From NCBI RefSeq assembly GCF_964204645.1, contig NC_134031.1, positions 21,510,017 through 21,574,016 of the forward strand: a stretch of DNA of 64,000 nt, read 5' to 3'. This stretch comes from Tubulanus polymorphus (Eukaryota > Animalia > Nemertea). A program made the translations under genes and the position numbers. Positions 1 through 15,000 of this stretch are shown piece after piece. Position 1 is the first letter of the stretch, and each line of letters opens with the position of its first letter. Under the pieces are notes generated by a model that saw only the letters and a program-made list of their open reading frames with translations, was not told where the DNA came from and did not search any database.

Positions 1-3000
1 AGATTAAGAATTTTCTGGCTATTTATGCTCCTGAAGATGATGGACTCGATCTGAAATGATAGGTTAAGGTAAACTGAACTGATTTCGAGTAGATGGACTG
101 AAAGATACAGATTTTTCTTGCAAAATAGGGTCCTAAAGATGAGGAATTCTATCTTAATTGATGGGTTAGGGTGTACTGAACTGATTTCAAATAGATAGGT
201 TGAAAGATTAAGAACTTTCTGGCAACTTTTGGTTCTGAAGATGATGGATTCAATCTGAAAAGATGGGTTAAGGCGTATTGAACTGATTTCAAATGGATAG
301 GTGGAAAGATTAAGAATTTTCTGGCTATTTATGCTCCTGAAGATGATGGACTCGATCTGAAATGATAGGTTAAGGTAAACTGAACTGATTTCGAGTAGAT
401 GGACAGAAAGATACAGATTTTTCTTGCAAAATAGGGTCCTAAAGATGATGAATTCTATCTTAATTGATGGGTTAGGGTGAACTGAATTGATTTCAAATAG
501 ATAGGTGGAAAGAATCAGAATTTTCTGGCTGCCTTTGGTTCTGAAGATGATGGACTCAATCTGAAAAGATGGGCTAAGGCGTATTGAACTGATTTCAAAT
601 AGATAGGTGGAAAGATTAAGAATTTTCTGGCTATTTATGCTCCTGAAGATGATGGACTCGATCTGAAATGATAGGTTAAGGTAAACTGAACTGATTTCGA
701 GTAGATGGACTGAAAGATACAGATTTTTCTTGCAAAATAGGGTCCTAAAGATGATGAATTCTATCTTAATTGATGGGTTAGGGTGTACTGAACTGATTTC
801 AAATAGATAGGTTGAAAGATTAAGAATTTTCTGGCTGCTTTTGGTTCTGAAGATGATGGATTCAATCTGAAAAGATGTGTTAAGGCGTATTGAACTGATT
901 TCAAATAGATAGGTGGAAAGATTAAGAATTTTCTGGCTATTTATGCTCCTGAAGATGATGGACTCGATCTGAAATGATAGGTTAAGGTAAACTGAACTGA
1001 TTTCGAGCAGATGGACTGAAAGATACAGATTTTTCTTGCAAAATAGGGTCCTAAAGATGATGAGTTCTATCTTAATTGATGGGTTAGGGTGTACTGAACT
1101 GATTTCAAATAGATAGGTTGAAAGAATCAGAATTTTCTGGCTGCTTTTGGTTCTGAAGATGATGGATTCAATCTGAAAAGATGTGTTAAGGCGTATTGAA
1201 CTGATTTCAAATAGATAGGTGGAAAGATTAAGAATTTTCTGGCTATTTATGCTCCTGAAGATGATGGACTCGATCTGAAATGATAGGTTAAGGTAAACTG
1301 AACTGATTCCGAGCAGATGGACTGAAAGATACAGATTTTTCTTGCAAAATAGGGTCCTAAAGATGATGAGTTCTATCTTAATTGATGGGTTAGGGTGTAC
1401 TGAACTGATTTCAAATAGATAGGTTGAAAGATTAAGAACTTTCTGGCTGCTTTTGGTTCTGAAGATGATGGATTCAATCTGAAAAGATGGGTTAAGGCGT
1501 ATTGAACTGATTTCAAATGGATAGGTGGAAAGATTAAGAATTTTCTGGCTATTTATGCTCCTGAAGATGATGGACTCGATCTGAAATGATAGGTTAAGGT
1601 AAACTGAACTGATTTCGAGTAGATGGACAGAAAGATACAGATTTTTCTTGCAAAATAGGGTCCTAAAGATGATGAATTCTATCTTAATTGATGGGTTAGG
1701 GTGTACTGAACTGATTTCAAATAGATAGGTTGAAAGATTAAGAATTTTCTGGCTGCTTTTGGTTCTGAAGATGATGGATTCAATCTGAAAAGATGTGTTA
1801 AGGCGTATTGAACTGATTTCAAATAGATAGGTGGAAAGATTAAGAATTTTCTGGCTATTTATGCTCCTGAAGATGATGGACTCGATCTGAAATGATAGGT
1901 TAAGGTAAACTGAACTGATTTCGAGCAGATGGACTGAAAGATACAGATTTTTCTTGCAAAATAGGGTCCTAAAGATGATGAGTTCTATCTTAATTGATGG
2001 GTTAGGGTGTACTGAACTGATTTCAAATAGATAGGTGGAAAGATTAAGAATTTTCTGGTTATTTATGCTCCTGAAGATGATGGACTCGATCTGAAATGAT
2101 AGGTTAAGGTAAACTGAACTGATTTCGAGTAGATGGACTGAAAGATACAGATTTTTCTTGCAAAATAGGGTCCTAAAGATGATGAGTTCAATCTTAATTG
2201 ATGGGTTAGGTTGTACTGAACTGATTTCAAATAGATAGGTGGATAGATTAAGAATTTTCTGGTTATTTATGCTCCTGAAGATGATGGACTCGATCTGAAA
2301 TGATAGGTTAAGGTAAACTGAACTGATTTCGAGTAGATGGACTGAAAGATACAGATTTTTCTTGCAAAATAGGGTCCTAAAGATGATGAATTCTATCTTA
2401 ATTGATGGGTTAGGGTGTACTGAACTGATTTCAAATAGATAGGTTGAAAGAATCAGAATTTTCTGGCTGCTTTTGGTTCTGAAGATGATGGATTCAATCT
2501 GAAAAGATGTGTTAAGGCGTATTGAACTGATTTCAAATAGATAGGTGGAAAGATTAAGAATTTTCTGGCTATTTATGCTCCTGAAGATGATGGACTCGAT
2601 CTGAAATGATAGGTTAAGGTAGACTGAACTGATTTCGAGTAGATGGACTGAAAGATACAGATTTTTCTTGCAAAATAGGGTCCTAAAGATGATGAATTCT
2701 ATCTTAATTGATGGGTTAGGGTGTACTGAACTGATTTCAAATGGATAGGTGGAAAGATTAAGAATTTTCTGGCTATTTATGCTCCTGAAGATGATGGACT
2801 CGATCTGAAATGATAGGTAAAGATAAACTGAACTGATTTCGAGTAGATGGACTGAAAGATACAGATTTTTCTTGCAAAATATGGTCCTAAAGATGATGAG
2901 TTCTATCTTAATTGATGGGTTAGGGTGTACTGAACTGATTTCAAATAGATAGGTTGAGAGAATCAGAATTTTCTGGCTGCTTTTGGTTCTGAAGATGATG

Positions 3001-6000
3001 GATTCAATCTGAAAAGATGTGTTAAGGCGTATTGAACTGATTTCAAATAGATAGGTGGAAAGATTAAGAATTTTCTGGTTATTTATGCTCCTGAAGATGA
3101 TGGACTCGATCTGAAATGATAGGTTAAGGTAAACTGAACTGATTTCGAGTAGATGGACTGAAAGATACAGATTTTTCTTGCAAAATAGGGTCCTAAAGAT
3201 GATGAATTCTATCTTAATTGATGGGTTAGGGTGTACTGAACTGATTTCAAATAGATAGGTTGAAAGAATCAGAATTTTCTGGCTGCTTTTGGTTCTGAAG
3301 ATGATGGATTCAATCTGAAAAGATGTGTTAAGGCGTATTGAACTGATTTCAAATAGATAGGTGGAAAGATTAAGAATTTTCTGGCTATTTATGCTCCTGA
3401 AGATGATGGACTCGATCTGAAATGATAGGTTAAGGTAGACTGAACTGATTTCGAGTAGATGGACTGAAAGATACAGATTTTTCTTGCAAAATAGGGTCCT
3501 AAAGATGATGAGTTCTATCTTAATTGATGGGTTAGGGTGAACTGAACTGATTTCAAATAGATAGGTGGAAAGAATCAGAATTTTCTGGCTGCCTTTGGTT
3601 CTGAAGATGATGGACTCAATCTGAAAAGATGGGCTAAGGCGTATTGAACTGATTTCAAATAGATAGGTGGAAAGATTAAGAATTTTCTGGCTATTTATGC
3701 TCCTGAAGATGATGGACTCGATCTGAAATGATAGGTTAAGGTAAACTGAACTGATTTCGAGTAGATGGACTGAAAGATACAGATTTTTCTTGCAAAATAG
3801 GGTCCTAAAGATGATGAATTCTATCTTAATTGATGGGTTAGGGTGTACTGAACTGATTTCAAATAGATAGGTTGAAAGAATCAGAATTTTCTGGCTGCTT
3901 TTGGTTCTGAAGATGATGGATTCAATCTGAAAAGATGTGTTAAGGCGTATTGAACTGATTTCAAATAGATAGGTGGAAAGATTAAGAATTTTCTGGCTAT
4001 TTATGCTCCTGAAGATGATGGACTCGATCTGAAATGATAGGTTAAGGTAGACTGAACTGATTTCGAGTAGATGGACTGAAAGATACAGATTTTTCTTGCA
4101 AAATAGGGTCCTAAAGATGATGAGTTCTATCTTAATTGATGGGTTAGGGTGTACTGAACTGATTTCAAATAGATAGGTTGAAAGAATCAGAATTTTCTGG
4201 CTGCTTTTGGTTCTGAAGATGATGGATTCAATCTGAAAAGATGGGTTAAGGCGTATTGAACTGATGTCAAATAGATAGGTGGAAAGATTAAGAATTTTCT
4301 GGCTATTTATGCTCCTGAAGATGATGGACTCGATCTGAAATGATAGGTTAAGGTAGACTGAACTGATTTCGAGTAGATGGACTGAAAGATACAGATTTTT
4401 CTTGCAAAATAGGGTCCTAAAGATGATGAATTCTATCTTAATTGATGGGTTAGGGTGAACTGAACTGATTTCAAATAGATGGGTGGAAAGAATCAGAATT
4501 TTCTGGCTGCCTTTGGTTCTGAAGATGATGGACTCAATCTGAAAAGATGGGCTGAGGCGTATTGAACTGATTTCAAATAGATAGGTGGAAAGATTAAGAA
4601 TTTTCTGGCTATTTATGCTCCTGAAGATGATGGACTCGATCTGAAATGATAGGTTAAGGTAAACTGAACTGATTTCGAGTAGATGGACTGAAAGATACAG
4701 ATTTTTCTTGCAAAATAGGGTCCTAAAGATGATGAATTCTATCTTAATTGATGGGTTAGGTTGTACTGAACTGATTTCAAATAGATAGGTTAAAAGAATC
4801 AGAATTTTCTGGCTGCTTTTGGTTCTGAAGATGATGGATTCAATCTGAAAAGATGTGTTAAGGCGTATTGAACTGATTTCAAATAGATAGGTGGAAAGAT
4901 TAAGAATTTTCTGGCTATTTATGCTCCTGAAGATGATTGTCTCGATCTGAAATGATAGGTTAAGGTAGACTGAACTGATTTCGAGTAGATGGACTGAAAG
5001 ATACAGATTTTTCTTGCAAAATAGGGTCCTAAAGATGATGAGTTCTATCTTAATTGATGGGTTAGGGTGAACTGAACTGATTTCAAATAGATAGGTGGAA
5101 AGATTAAAAATTTTCTGGCTGCCTTTGGTTCTGAAGATGATGGACTCAATCTGAAAAGATGGGCTAAGGCGTATTGAACTGATTTAAAATAGATAGGTGG
5201 AAAGATTAAGAATTTTCTGGCTATTTATGCTCCTGAAGATGATGGACTCGATCTGAAATGATAGGTTAAGGTAAACTGAACTGATTTCGAGTAGATGGAC
5301 TGAAAGATACAGATTTTTCTTGCAAAATAGGGTCCTAAAGATGATGAATTCTATCTTAATTGATGGGTTAGGGTGTACTGAACTGATTTCAAATAGAAAG
5401 GTTGAAAGATTAAGAACTTTCTGGCAACTTTTGGTTCTGAAGATGATGGATTCAATCTGAAAAGATGGGTTAAGGCGTATTGAACTGATTTCAAATGGAT
5501 AGGTGGAAAGATTAAGAATTTTCTGGCTATTTATGCTCCTGAAGATGATGGACTCGATCTGAAATGATAGGTTAAGGTAAACTGAACTGATTTCGAGTAG
5601 ATGGACAGAAAGATACAGATTTTTCTTGCAAAATAGGGTCCTAAAGATGATGAATTCTATCTTAATTGATGGGTTAGGGTGAACTGAATTGATTTCAAAT
5701 AGATAGGTGGAAAGAATCAGAATTTTCTGGCTGCCTTTGGTTCTGAAGATGATGGACTCAATCTGAAAAGATGGGCTAAGGCGTATTGAACTGATTTCAA
5801 ATAGATAGGTGGAAAGATTAAGAATTTTCTGGCTATTTATGCTCCTGAAGATGATGGACTCGATCTGAAATGATAGGTTAAGGTAAACTGAACTGATTTC
5901 GAGTAGATGGACTGAAAGATACAGATTTTTCTTGCAAAATAGGGTCCTAAAGATGATGAATTCTATCTTAATTGATGGGTTAGGGTGTACTGAACTGATT

Positions 6001-9000
6001 TCAAATAGATAGGTTGAAAGATTAAGAATTTTCTGGCTGCTTTTGGTTCTGAAGATGATGGATTCAATCTGAAAAGATGTGTTAAGGCGTATTGAACTGA
6101 TTTCAAATAGATAGGTGGAAAGATTAAGAATTTTCTGGCTATTTATGCTCCTGAAGATGATGGACTCGATCTGAAATGATAGGTTAAGGTAAACTGAACT
6201 GATTTCGAGCAGATGGACTGAAAGATACAGATTTTTCTTGCAAAATAGGGTCCTAAAGATGATGAGTTCTATCTTAATTGATGGGTTAGGGTGTACTGAA
6301 CTGATTTCAAATAGATAGGTTGAAAGAATCAGAATTTTCTGGCTGCTTTTGGTTCTGAAGATGATGGATTCAATCTGAAAAGATGTGTTAAGGCGTATTG
6401 AACTGATTTCAAATAGATAGGTGGAAAGATTAAGAATTTTCTGGCTATTTATGCTCCTGAAGATGATGGACTCGATCTGAAATGATAGGTTAAGGTAAAC
6501 TGAACTGATTCCGAGCAGATGGACTGAAAGATACAGATTTTTCTTGCAAAATAGGGTCCTAAAGATGATGAATTCTATCTTAATTGATGGGTTAGGGTGT
6601 ACTGAACTGATTTCAAATAGATAGGTTGAAAGATTAAGAACTTTCTGGCTGCTTTTGGTTCTGACGATGATGGATTCAATCTGAAAAGATGGGTTAAGGC
6701 GTATTGAACTGATTTCAAATGGATAGGTGGAAAGATTAAGAATTTTCTGGCTATTTATGCTCCTGAAGATGATGGACTCGATCTGAAATGATAGGTTAAG
6801 GTAAACTGAACTGATTTCGAGTAGATGGACAGAAAGATACAGATTTTTCTTGCAAAATAGGGTCCTAAAGATGATGAATTCTATCTTAATTGATGGGTTA
6901 GGGTGAACTGAATTGATTTCAAATAGATAGGTGGAAAGAATCAGAATTTTCTGGCTGCCTTTGGTTCTGAAGATGATGGACTCAATCTGAAAAGATGGGC
7001 TAAGGCGTATTGAACTGATTTCAAATAGATAGGTGGAAAGATTAAGAATTTTCTGGCTATTTATGCTCCTGAAGATGATGGACTCGATCTGAAATGATAG
7101 GTTAAGGTAAACTGAACTGATTTCGAGTAGATGGACTGAAAGATACAGATTTTTCTTGCAAAATAGGGTCCTAAAGATGATGAATTCTATCTTAATTGAT
7201 GGGTTAGGGTGTACTGAACTGATTTCAAATAGATAGGTTGAAAGATTAAGAATTTTCTGGCTGCTTTTGGTTCTGAAGATGATGGATTCAATCTGAAAAG
7301 ATGTGTTAAGGCGTATTGAACTGATTTCAAATAGATAGGTGGAAAGATTAAGAATTTTCTGGCTATTTATGCTCCTGAAGATGATGGACTCGATCTGAAA
7401 TGATAGGTTAAGGTAAACTGAACTGATTTCGAGCAGATGGACTGAAAGATACAGATTTTTCTTGCAAAATAGGGTCCTAAAGATGATGAGTTCTATCTTA
7501 ATTGATGGGTTAGGGTGTACTGAACTGATTTCAAATAGATAGGTGGAAAGATTAAGAATTTTCTGGTTATTTATGCTCCTGAAGATGATGGACTCGATCT
7601 GAAATGATAGGTTAAGGTAAACTGAACTGATTTCGAGTAGATGGACTGAAAGATACAGATTTTTCTTGCAAAATAGGGTCCTAAAGATGATGAGTTCAAT
7701 CTTAATTGATGGGTTAGGTTGTACTGAACTGATTTCAAATAGATAGGTGGAAAGATTAAGAATTTTCTGGTTATTTATGCTCCTGAAGATGATGGACTCG
7801 ATCTGAAATGATAGGTTAAGGTAAACTGAACAGATTTCGAGTAGATGGACTGAAAGATACAGATTTTTCTTGCAAAATAGGGTCCTAAAGATGATGAATT
7901 CTATCTTAATTGATGGGTTAGGGTGTACTGAACTGATTTCAAATAGATAGGTTGAAAGAATCAGAATTTTCTGGCTGCTTTTGGTTCTGAAGATGATGGA
8001 TTCAATCTGAAAAGATGTGTTAAGGCGTATTGAACTGATTTCAAATAGATAGGTGGAAAGATTAAGAATTTTCTGGCTATTTATGCTCCTGAAGATGATG
8101 GACTCGATCTGAAATGATAGGTTAAGGTAGACTGAACTGATTTCGAGTAGATGGACTGAAAGATACAGATTTTTCTTGCAAAATAGGGTCCTAAAGATGA
8201 TGAGTTCTATCTTAATTGATGGGTTAGGGTGAACTGAACTGATTTCAAATAGATAGGTGGAAAGAATCAGAATTTTCTGGCTGCCTTTGGTTCTGAAGAT
8301 GATGGACTCAATCTGAAAAGATGGGCTAAGGCGTATTGAACTGATTTCAAATAGATAGGTGGAAAGATTAAGAATTTTCTGGCTATTTATGCTCCTGAAG
8401 ATGATGGACTCGATCTGAAATGATAGGTTAAGGTAGACTGAACTGATTTCGAGTAGATGGACTGAAAGATACAGATTTTTCTTGCAAAATAGGGTCCTAA
8501 AGATGATGAATTCTATCTTAATTGATGGGTTAGGGTGAACTGAACTGATTTCAAATAGATAGGTGGAAAGATTAAAAATTTTCTGGCTGCCTTTGGTTTT
8601 GAAGATGATGGACTCAATCTGAAAAGATGGGCTAAGGCGTATTGAACTGATTTCAAATAGATAGGTGGAAAGATTAAGAATTTTCTGGCTATTTATGCTC
8701 CTGAAGATGATGGACTCGATCTGAAATGATAGGTTAAGGTAAACTGAACTGATTTCGAGTAGATGGACTGAAAGATACAGATTTTTCTTGCAAAATAGGG
8801 TCCTAAAGATGAGGAATTCTATCTTAATTGATGGGTTAGGGTGTACTGAACTGATTTCAAATAGATAGGTTGAAAGATTAAGAACTTTCTGGCAACTTTT
8901 GGTTCTGAAGATGATGGATTCAATCTGAAAAGATGGGTTAAGGCGTATTGAACTGATTTCAAATGGATAGGTGGAAAGATTAAGAATTTTCTGGCTATTT

Positions 9001-12000
9001 ATGCTCCTGAAGATGATGGACTCGATCTGAAATGATAGGTTAAGGTAAACTGAACTGATTTCGAGTAGATGGACAGAAAGATACAGATTTTTCTTGCAAA
9101 ATAGGGTCCTAAAGATGATGAATTCTATCTTAATTGATGGGTTAGGGTGAACTGAATTGATTTCAAATAGATAGGTGGAAAGAATCAGAATTTTCTGGCT
9201 GCCTTTGGTTCTGAAGATGATGGACTCAATCTGAAAAGATGGGCTAAGGCGTATTGAACTGATTTCAAATAGATAGGTGGAAAGATTAAGAATTTTCTGG
9301 CTATTTATGCTCCTGAAGATGATGGACTCGATCTGAAATGATAGGTTAAGGTAAACTGAACTGATTTCGAGTAGATGGACTGAAAGATACAGATTTTTCT
9401 TGCAAAATAGGGTCCTAAAGATGATGAATTCTATCTTAATTGATGGGTTAGGGTGTACTGAACTGATTTCAAATAGATAGGTTGAAAGATTAAGAATTTT
9501 CTGGCTGCTTTTGGTTCTGAAGATGATGGATTCAATCTGAAAAGATGTGTTAAGGCGTATTGAACTGATTTCAAATAGATAGGTGGAAAGATTAAGAATT
9601 TTCTGGCTATTTATGCTCCTGAAGATGATGGACTCGATCTGAAATGATAGGTTAAGGTAAACTGAACTGATTTCGAGCAGATGGACTGAAAGATACAGAT
9701 TTTTCTTGCAAAATAGGGTCCTAAAGATGATGAGTTCTATCTTAATTGATGGGTTAGGGTGTACTGAACTGATTTCAAATAGATAGGTTGAAAGAATCAG
9801 AATTTTCTGGCTGCTTTTGGTTCTGAAGATGATGGATTCAATCTGAAAAGATGTGTTAAGGCGTATTGAACTGATTTCAAATAGATAGGTGGAAAGATTA
9901 AGAATTTTCTGGCTATTTATGCTCCTGAAGATGATGGACTCGATCTGAAATGATAGGTTAAGGTAAACTGAACTGATTCCGAGCAGATGGACTGAAAGAT
10001 ACAGATTTTTCTTGCAAAATAGGGTCCTAAAGATGATGAGTTCTATCTTAATTGATGGGTTAGGGTGTACTGAACTGATTTCAAATAGATAGGTTGAAAG
10101 ATTAAGAACTTTCTGGCTGCTTTTGGTTCTGAAGATGATGGATTCAATCTGAATAGATGGGTTAAGGCGTATTGAACTGATTTCAAATGGATAGGTGGAA
10201 AGATTAAGAATTTTCTGGCTATTTATGCTCCTGAAGATGATGGACTCGATCTGAAATGATAGGTTAAGGTAAACTGAACTGATTTCGAGTAGATGGACAG
10301 AAAGATACAGATTTTTCTTGCAAAATAGGGTCCTAAAGATGATGAATTCTATCTTAATTGATGGGTTAGGGTGAACTGAATTGATTTCAAATAGATAGGT
10401 GGAAAGAATCAGAATTTTCTGGCTGCCTTTGGTTCTGAAGATGATGGACTCAATCTGAAAAGATGGGCTAAGGCGTATTGAACTGATTTCAAATAGATAG
10501 GTGGAAAGATTAAGAATTTTCTGGCTATTTATGCTCCTGAAGATGATGGACTCGATCTGAAATGATAGGTTAAGGTAAACTGAACTGATTTCGAGTAGAT
10601 GGACTGAAAGATACAGATTTTTCTTGCAAAATAGGGTCCTAAAGATGATGAATTCTATCTTAATTGATGGGTTAGGGTGTACTGAACTGATTTCAAATAG
10701 ATAGGTTGAAAGATTAAGAATTTTCTGGCTGCTTTTGGTTCTGAAGATGATGGATTCAATCTGAAAAGATGTGTTAAGGCGTATTGAACTGATTTCAAAT
10801 AGATAGGTGGAAAGATTAAGAATTTTCTGGCTATTTATGCTCCTGAAGATGATGGACTCGATCTGAAATGATAGGTTAAGGTAAACTGAACTGATTTCGA
10901 GCAGATGGACTGAAAGATACAGATTTTTCTTGCAAAATAGGGTCCTAAAGATGATGAGTTCTATCTTAATTGATGGGTTAGGGTGTACTGAACTGATTTC
11001 AAATAGATAGGTGGAAAGATTAAGAATTTTCTGGTTATTTATGCTCCTGAAGATGATGGACTCGATCTGAAATGATAGGTTAAGGTAAACTGAACTGATT
11101 TCGAGTAGATGGACTGAAAGATACAGATTTTTCTTGCAAAATAGGGTCCTAAAGATGATGAGTTCAATCTTAATTGATGGGTTAGGTTGTACTGAACTGA
11201 TTTCAAATAGATAGGTGGATAGATTAAGAATTTTCTGGTTATTTATGCTCCTGAAGATGATGGACTCGATCTGAAATGATAGGTTAAGGTAAACTGAACT
11301 GATTTCGAGTAGATGGACTGAAAGATACAGATTTTTCTTGCAAAATAGGGTCCTAAAGATGATGAATTCTATCTTAATTGATGGGTTAGGGTGTACTGAA
11401 CTGATTTCAAATAGATAGGTTGAAAGAATCAGAATTTTCTGGCTGCTTTTGGTTCTGAAGATGATGGACTCAATCTGAAAAGATGGGCTAAGGCGTATTG
11501 AACTGATTTCAAATAGATAGGTGGAAAGATTAAGAATTTTCTGGCTATTTATGCTCCTGAAGATGATGGACTCGATCTGAAATGATAGGTTAAGGTAAAC
11601 TGAACTGATTTCGAGTAGATGGACTGAAAGATACAGATTTTTCTTGCAAAATAGGGTCCTAAAGATGATGAGTTCTATCTTAATTGATGGGTTAGGGTGA
11701 ACTGAACTGATTTCAAATAGATAGGTGGAAAGAATCAGAATTTTCTGGCTGCCTTTGGTTCTGAAGATGATGGACTCAATCTGAAAAGATGGGCTAAGGC
11801 GTATTGAACTGATTTCAAATAGATAGGTGGAAAGATTAAGAATTTTCTGGCTATTTATGCTCCTGAAGATGATGGACTCGATCTGAAATGATAGGTTAAG
11901 GTAAACTGAACTGATTTCGAGTAGATGGACTGAAAGATACAGATTTTTCTTGCAAAATAGGGTCCTAAAGATGATGAATTCTATCTTAATTGATGGGTTA

Positions 12001-15000
12001 GGGTGTACTGAACTGATTTCAAATGGATAGGTGGAAAGATTAAGAATTTTCTGGCTATTTATGCTCCTGAAGATGATGGACTCGATCTGAAATGATAGGT
12101 TAAGATAAACTGAACTGATTTCGAGTAGATGGACTGAAAGATACAGATTTTTCTTGCAAAATATGGTCCTAAAGATGATGAGTTCTATCTTAGTGATGGG
12201 TTAGGGTGTACTGAACTGATTTCAAATAGATAGGTTGAGAGAATCAGAATTTTCTGGCTGCTTTTGGTTCTGAAGATGATGGATTCAATCTGAAAAGATG
12301 TGTTAAGGCGTATTGAACTGATTTCAAATAGATAGGTGGAAAGATTAAGAATTTTCTGGCTATTTATGCTCCTGAAGATGATGGACTCGATCTGAAATGA
12401 TAGGTTAAGGTAAACTGAACTGATTTCGAGCAGATGGACTGAAAGATACAGATTTTTCTTGCAAAATAGGGTCCTAAAGATGATGAGTTCTATCTTAATT
12501 GATGGGTTAGGGTGTACTGAACTGATTTCAAATAGATAGGTTGAAAGAATCAGAATTTTCTGGCTGCTTTTGGTTCTGAAGATGATGGATTCAATCTGAA
12601 AAGATGTGTTAAGGCGTATTGAACTGATTTCAAATAGATAGGTGGAAAGATTAAGAATTTTCTGGTTATTTATGCTCCTGAAGATGATGGACTCGATCTG
12701 AAATGATAGGTTAAGGTAAACTGAACTGATTTCGAGTAGATGGACTGAAAGATACAGATTTTTCTTGCAAAATAGGGTCCTAAAGATGATGAATTCTATC
12801 TTAATTGATGGGTTAGGTTGTACTGAACTGATTTCAAATAGATAGGTTGAAAGAATCAGAATTTTCTGGCTGCTTTTGGTTCTGAAGATGATGGATTCAA
12901 TCTGAAAAGATGTGTTAAGGCGTATTGAACTGATTTCAAATAGATAGGTGGAAAGATTAAGAATTTTCTGGCTATTTATGCTCCTGAAGATGATGGACTC
13001 GATCTGAAATGATAGGTTAAGGTAGACTGAACTGATTTCGAGTAGATGGACTGAAAGATACAGATTTTTCTTGCAAAATAGGGTCCTAAAGATGATGAGT
13101 TCTATCTTAATTGATGGGTTAGGGTGAACTGAACTGATTTCAAATAGATAGGTGGAAAGAATCAGAATTTTCTGGCTGCCTTTGGTTCTGAAGATGATGG
13201 ACTCAATCTGAAAAGATGGGCTAAGGCGTATTGAACTGATTTCAAATAGATAGGTGGAAAGATTAAGAATTTTCTGGCTATTTATGCTCCTGAAGATGAT
13301 GGACTCGATCTGAAATGATAGGTTAAGGTAAACTGAACTGATTTCGAGTAGATGGACTGAAAGATACAGATTTTTCTTGCAAAATAGGGTCCTAAAGATG
13401 ATGAATTCTATCTTAATTGATGGGTTAGGGTGTACTGAACTGATTTCAAATGGATAAGTGGAAAGATTAAGAATTTTCTGGCTATTTATGCTCCTGAAGA
13501 TGATGGACTCGATCTGAAATGATAGGTAAAGATAAACTGAACTGATTTCGAGTAGATGGACTGAAAGATACAGATTTTTCTTGCAAAATATGGTCCTAAA
13601 GATGATGAGTTCTATCTTAATTGATGGGTTAGGGTGTACTGAACTGATTTCAAATAGATAGGTTGAGAGAATCAGAATTTTCTGGCTGCTTTTGGTTCTG
13701 AAGATGATGGATTCAATCTGAAAAGATGTGTTAAGGCGTATTGAACTGATTTCAAATAGATAGGTGGAAAGATTAAGAATTTTCTGGCTATTTATGCTCC
13801 TGAAGATGATGGACTCGATCTGAAATGATAGGTTAAGGTAAACTGAACTGATTTCGAGCAGATGGACTGAAAGATACAGATTTTTCTTGCAAAATAGGGT
13901 CCTAAAGATGATGAGTTCTATCTTAATTGATGGGTTAGGGTGTACTGAACTGATTTCAAATAGATAGGTTGAAAGAATCAGAATTTTCTGGCTGCTTTTG
14001 GTTCTGAAGATGATGGATTCAATCTGAAAAGATGTGTTAAGGCGTATTGAACTGATTTCAAATAGATAGGTGGAAAGATTAAGAATTTTCTGGCTATTTA
14101 TGCTCCTGAAGATGATGGACTCGATCTGAAATGATAGGTTAAGGTAAACTGAACTGATTTCGAGTAGATGGACTGAAAGATACAGATTTTTCTTGCAAAA
14201 AAGGGTCCTAAAGATGATGAATTCTATCTTAATTGATGGGTTAGGGTGAACTGAACTGATTTCAAATAGATGGGTGGAAAGAATCAGAATTTTCTGGCTG
14301 CCTTTGGTTCTGAAGATGATGGACTCAATCTGAAAAGATGGGCTAAGGCGTATTGAACTGATTTCAAATAGATAGGTGGAAAGATTAAGAATTTTCTGGC
14401 TATTTATGCTCCTGAAGATGATGGACTCGATCTGAAATGATAGGTTAAGGTAAACTGAACTGATTCCGAGCAGATGGACTGAAAGATACAGATTTTTCTT
14501 GCAAAATAGGGTCCTAAAGATGATGAGTTCTATCTTAATTGATGGGTTAGGGTGTACTGAACTGATTTCAAATAGATAGGTTGAAAGATTAAGAACTTTC
14601 TGGCTGCTTTTGGTTCTGAAGATGATGGATTCAATCTGAATAGATGGGTTAAGGCGTATTGAACTGATTTCAAATGGATAGGTGGAAAGATTAAGAATTT
14701 TCTGGCTATTTATGCTCCTGAAGATGATGGACTCGATCTGAAATGATAGGTTAAGGTAAACTGAACTGATTTCGAGTAGATGGACAGAAAGATACAGATT
14801 TTTCTTGCAAAATAGGGTCCTAAAGATGATGAATTCTATCTTAATTGATGGGTTAGGGTGAACTGAATTGATTTCAAATAGATAGGTGGAAAGAATCAGA
14901 ATTTTCTGGCTGCCTTTGGTTCTGAAGATGATGGACTCAATCTGAAAAGATGGGCTAAGGCGTATTGAACTGATTTCAAATAGATAGGTGGAAAGATTAA

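Noticed and set aside
26-121. Hammerhead-like layout in satellite monomer A (UGCUC-CUGAAGA...GAAA...UUC-GAGUA/GAGCA)
   Set aside because: Stem I is plausible, but stem II opens with U-U, stem III does not pair, and monomer C lacks the core. An RNAMotif/Infernal search or cleavage assay could revisit it.
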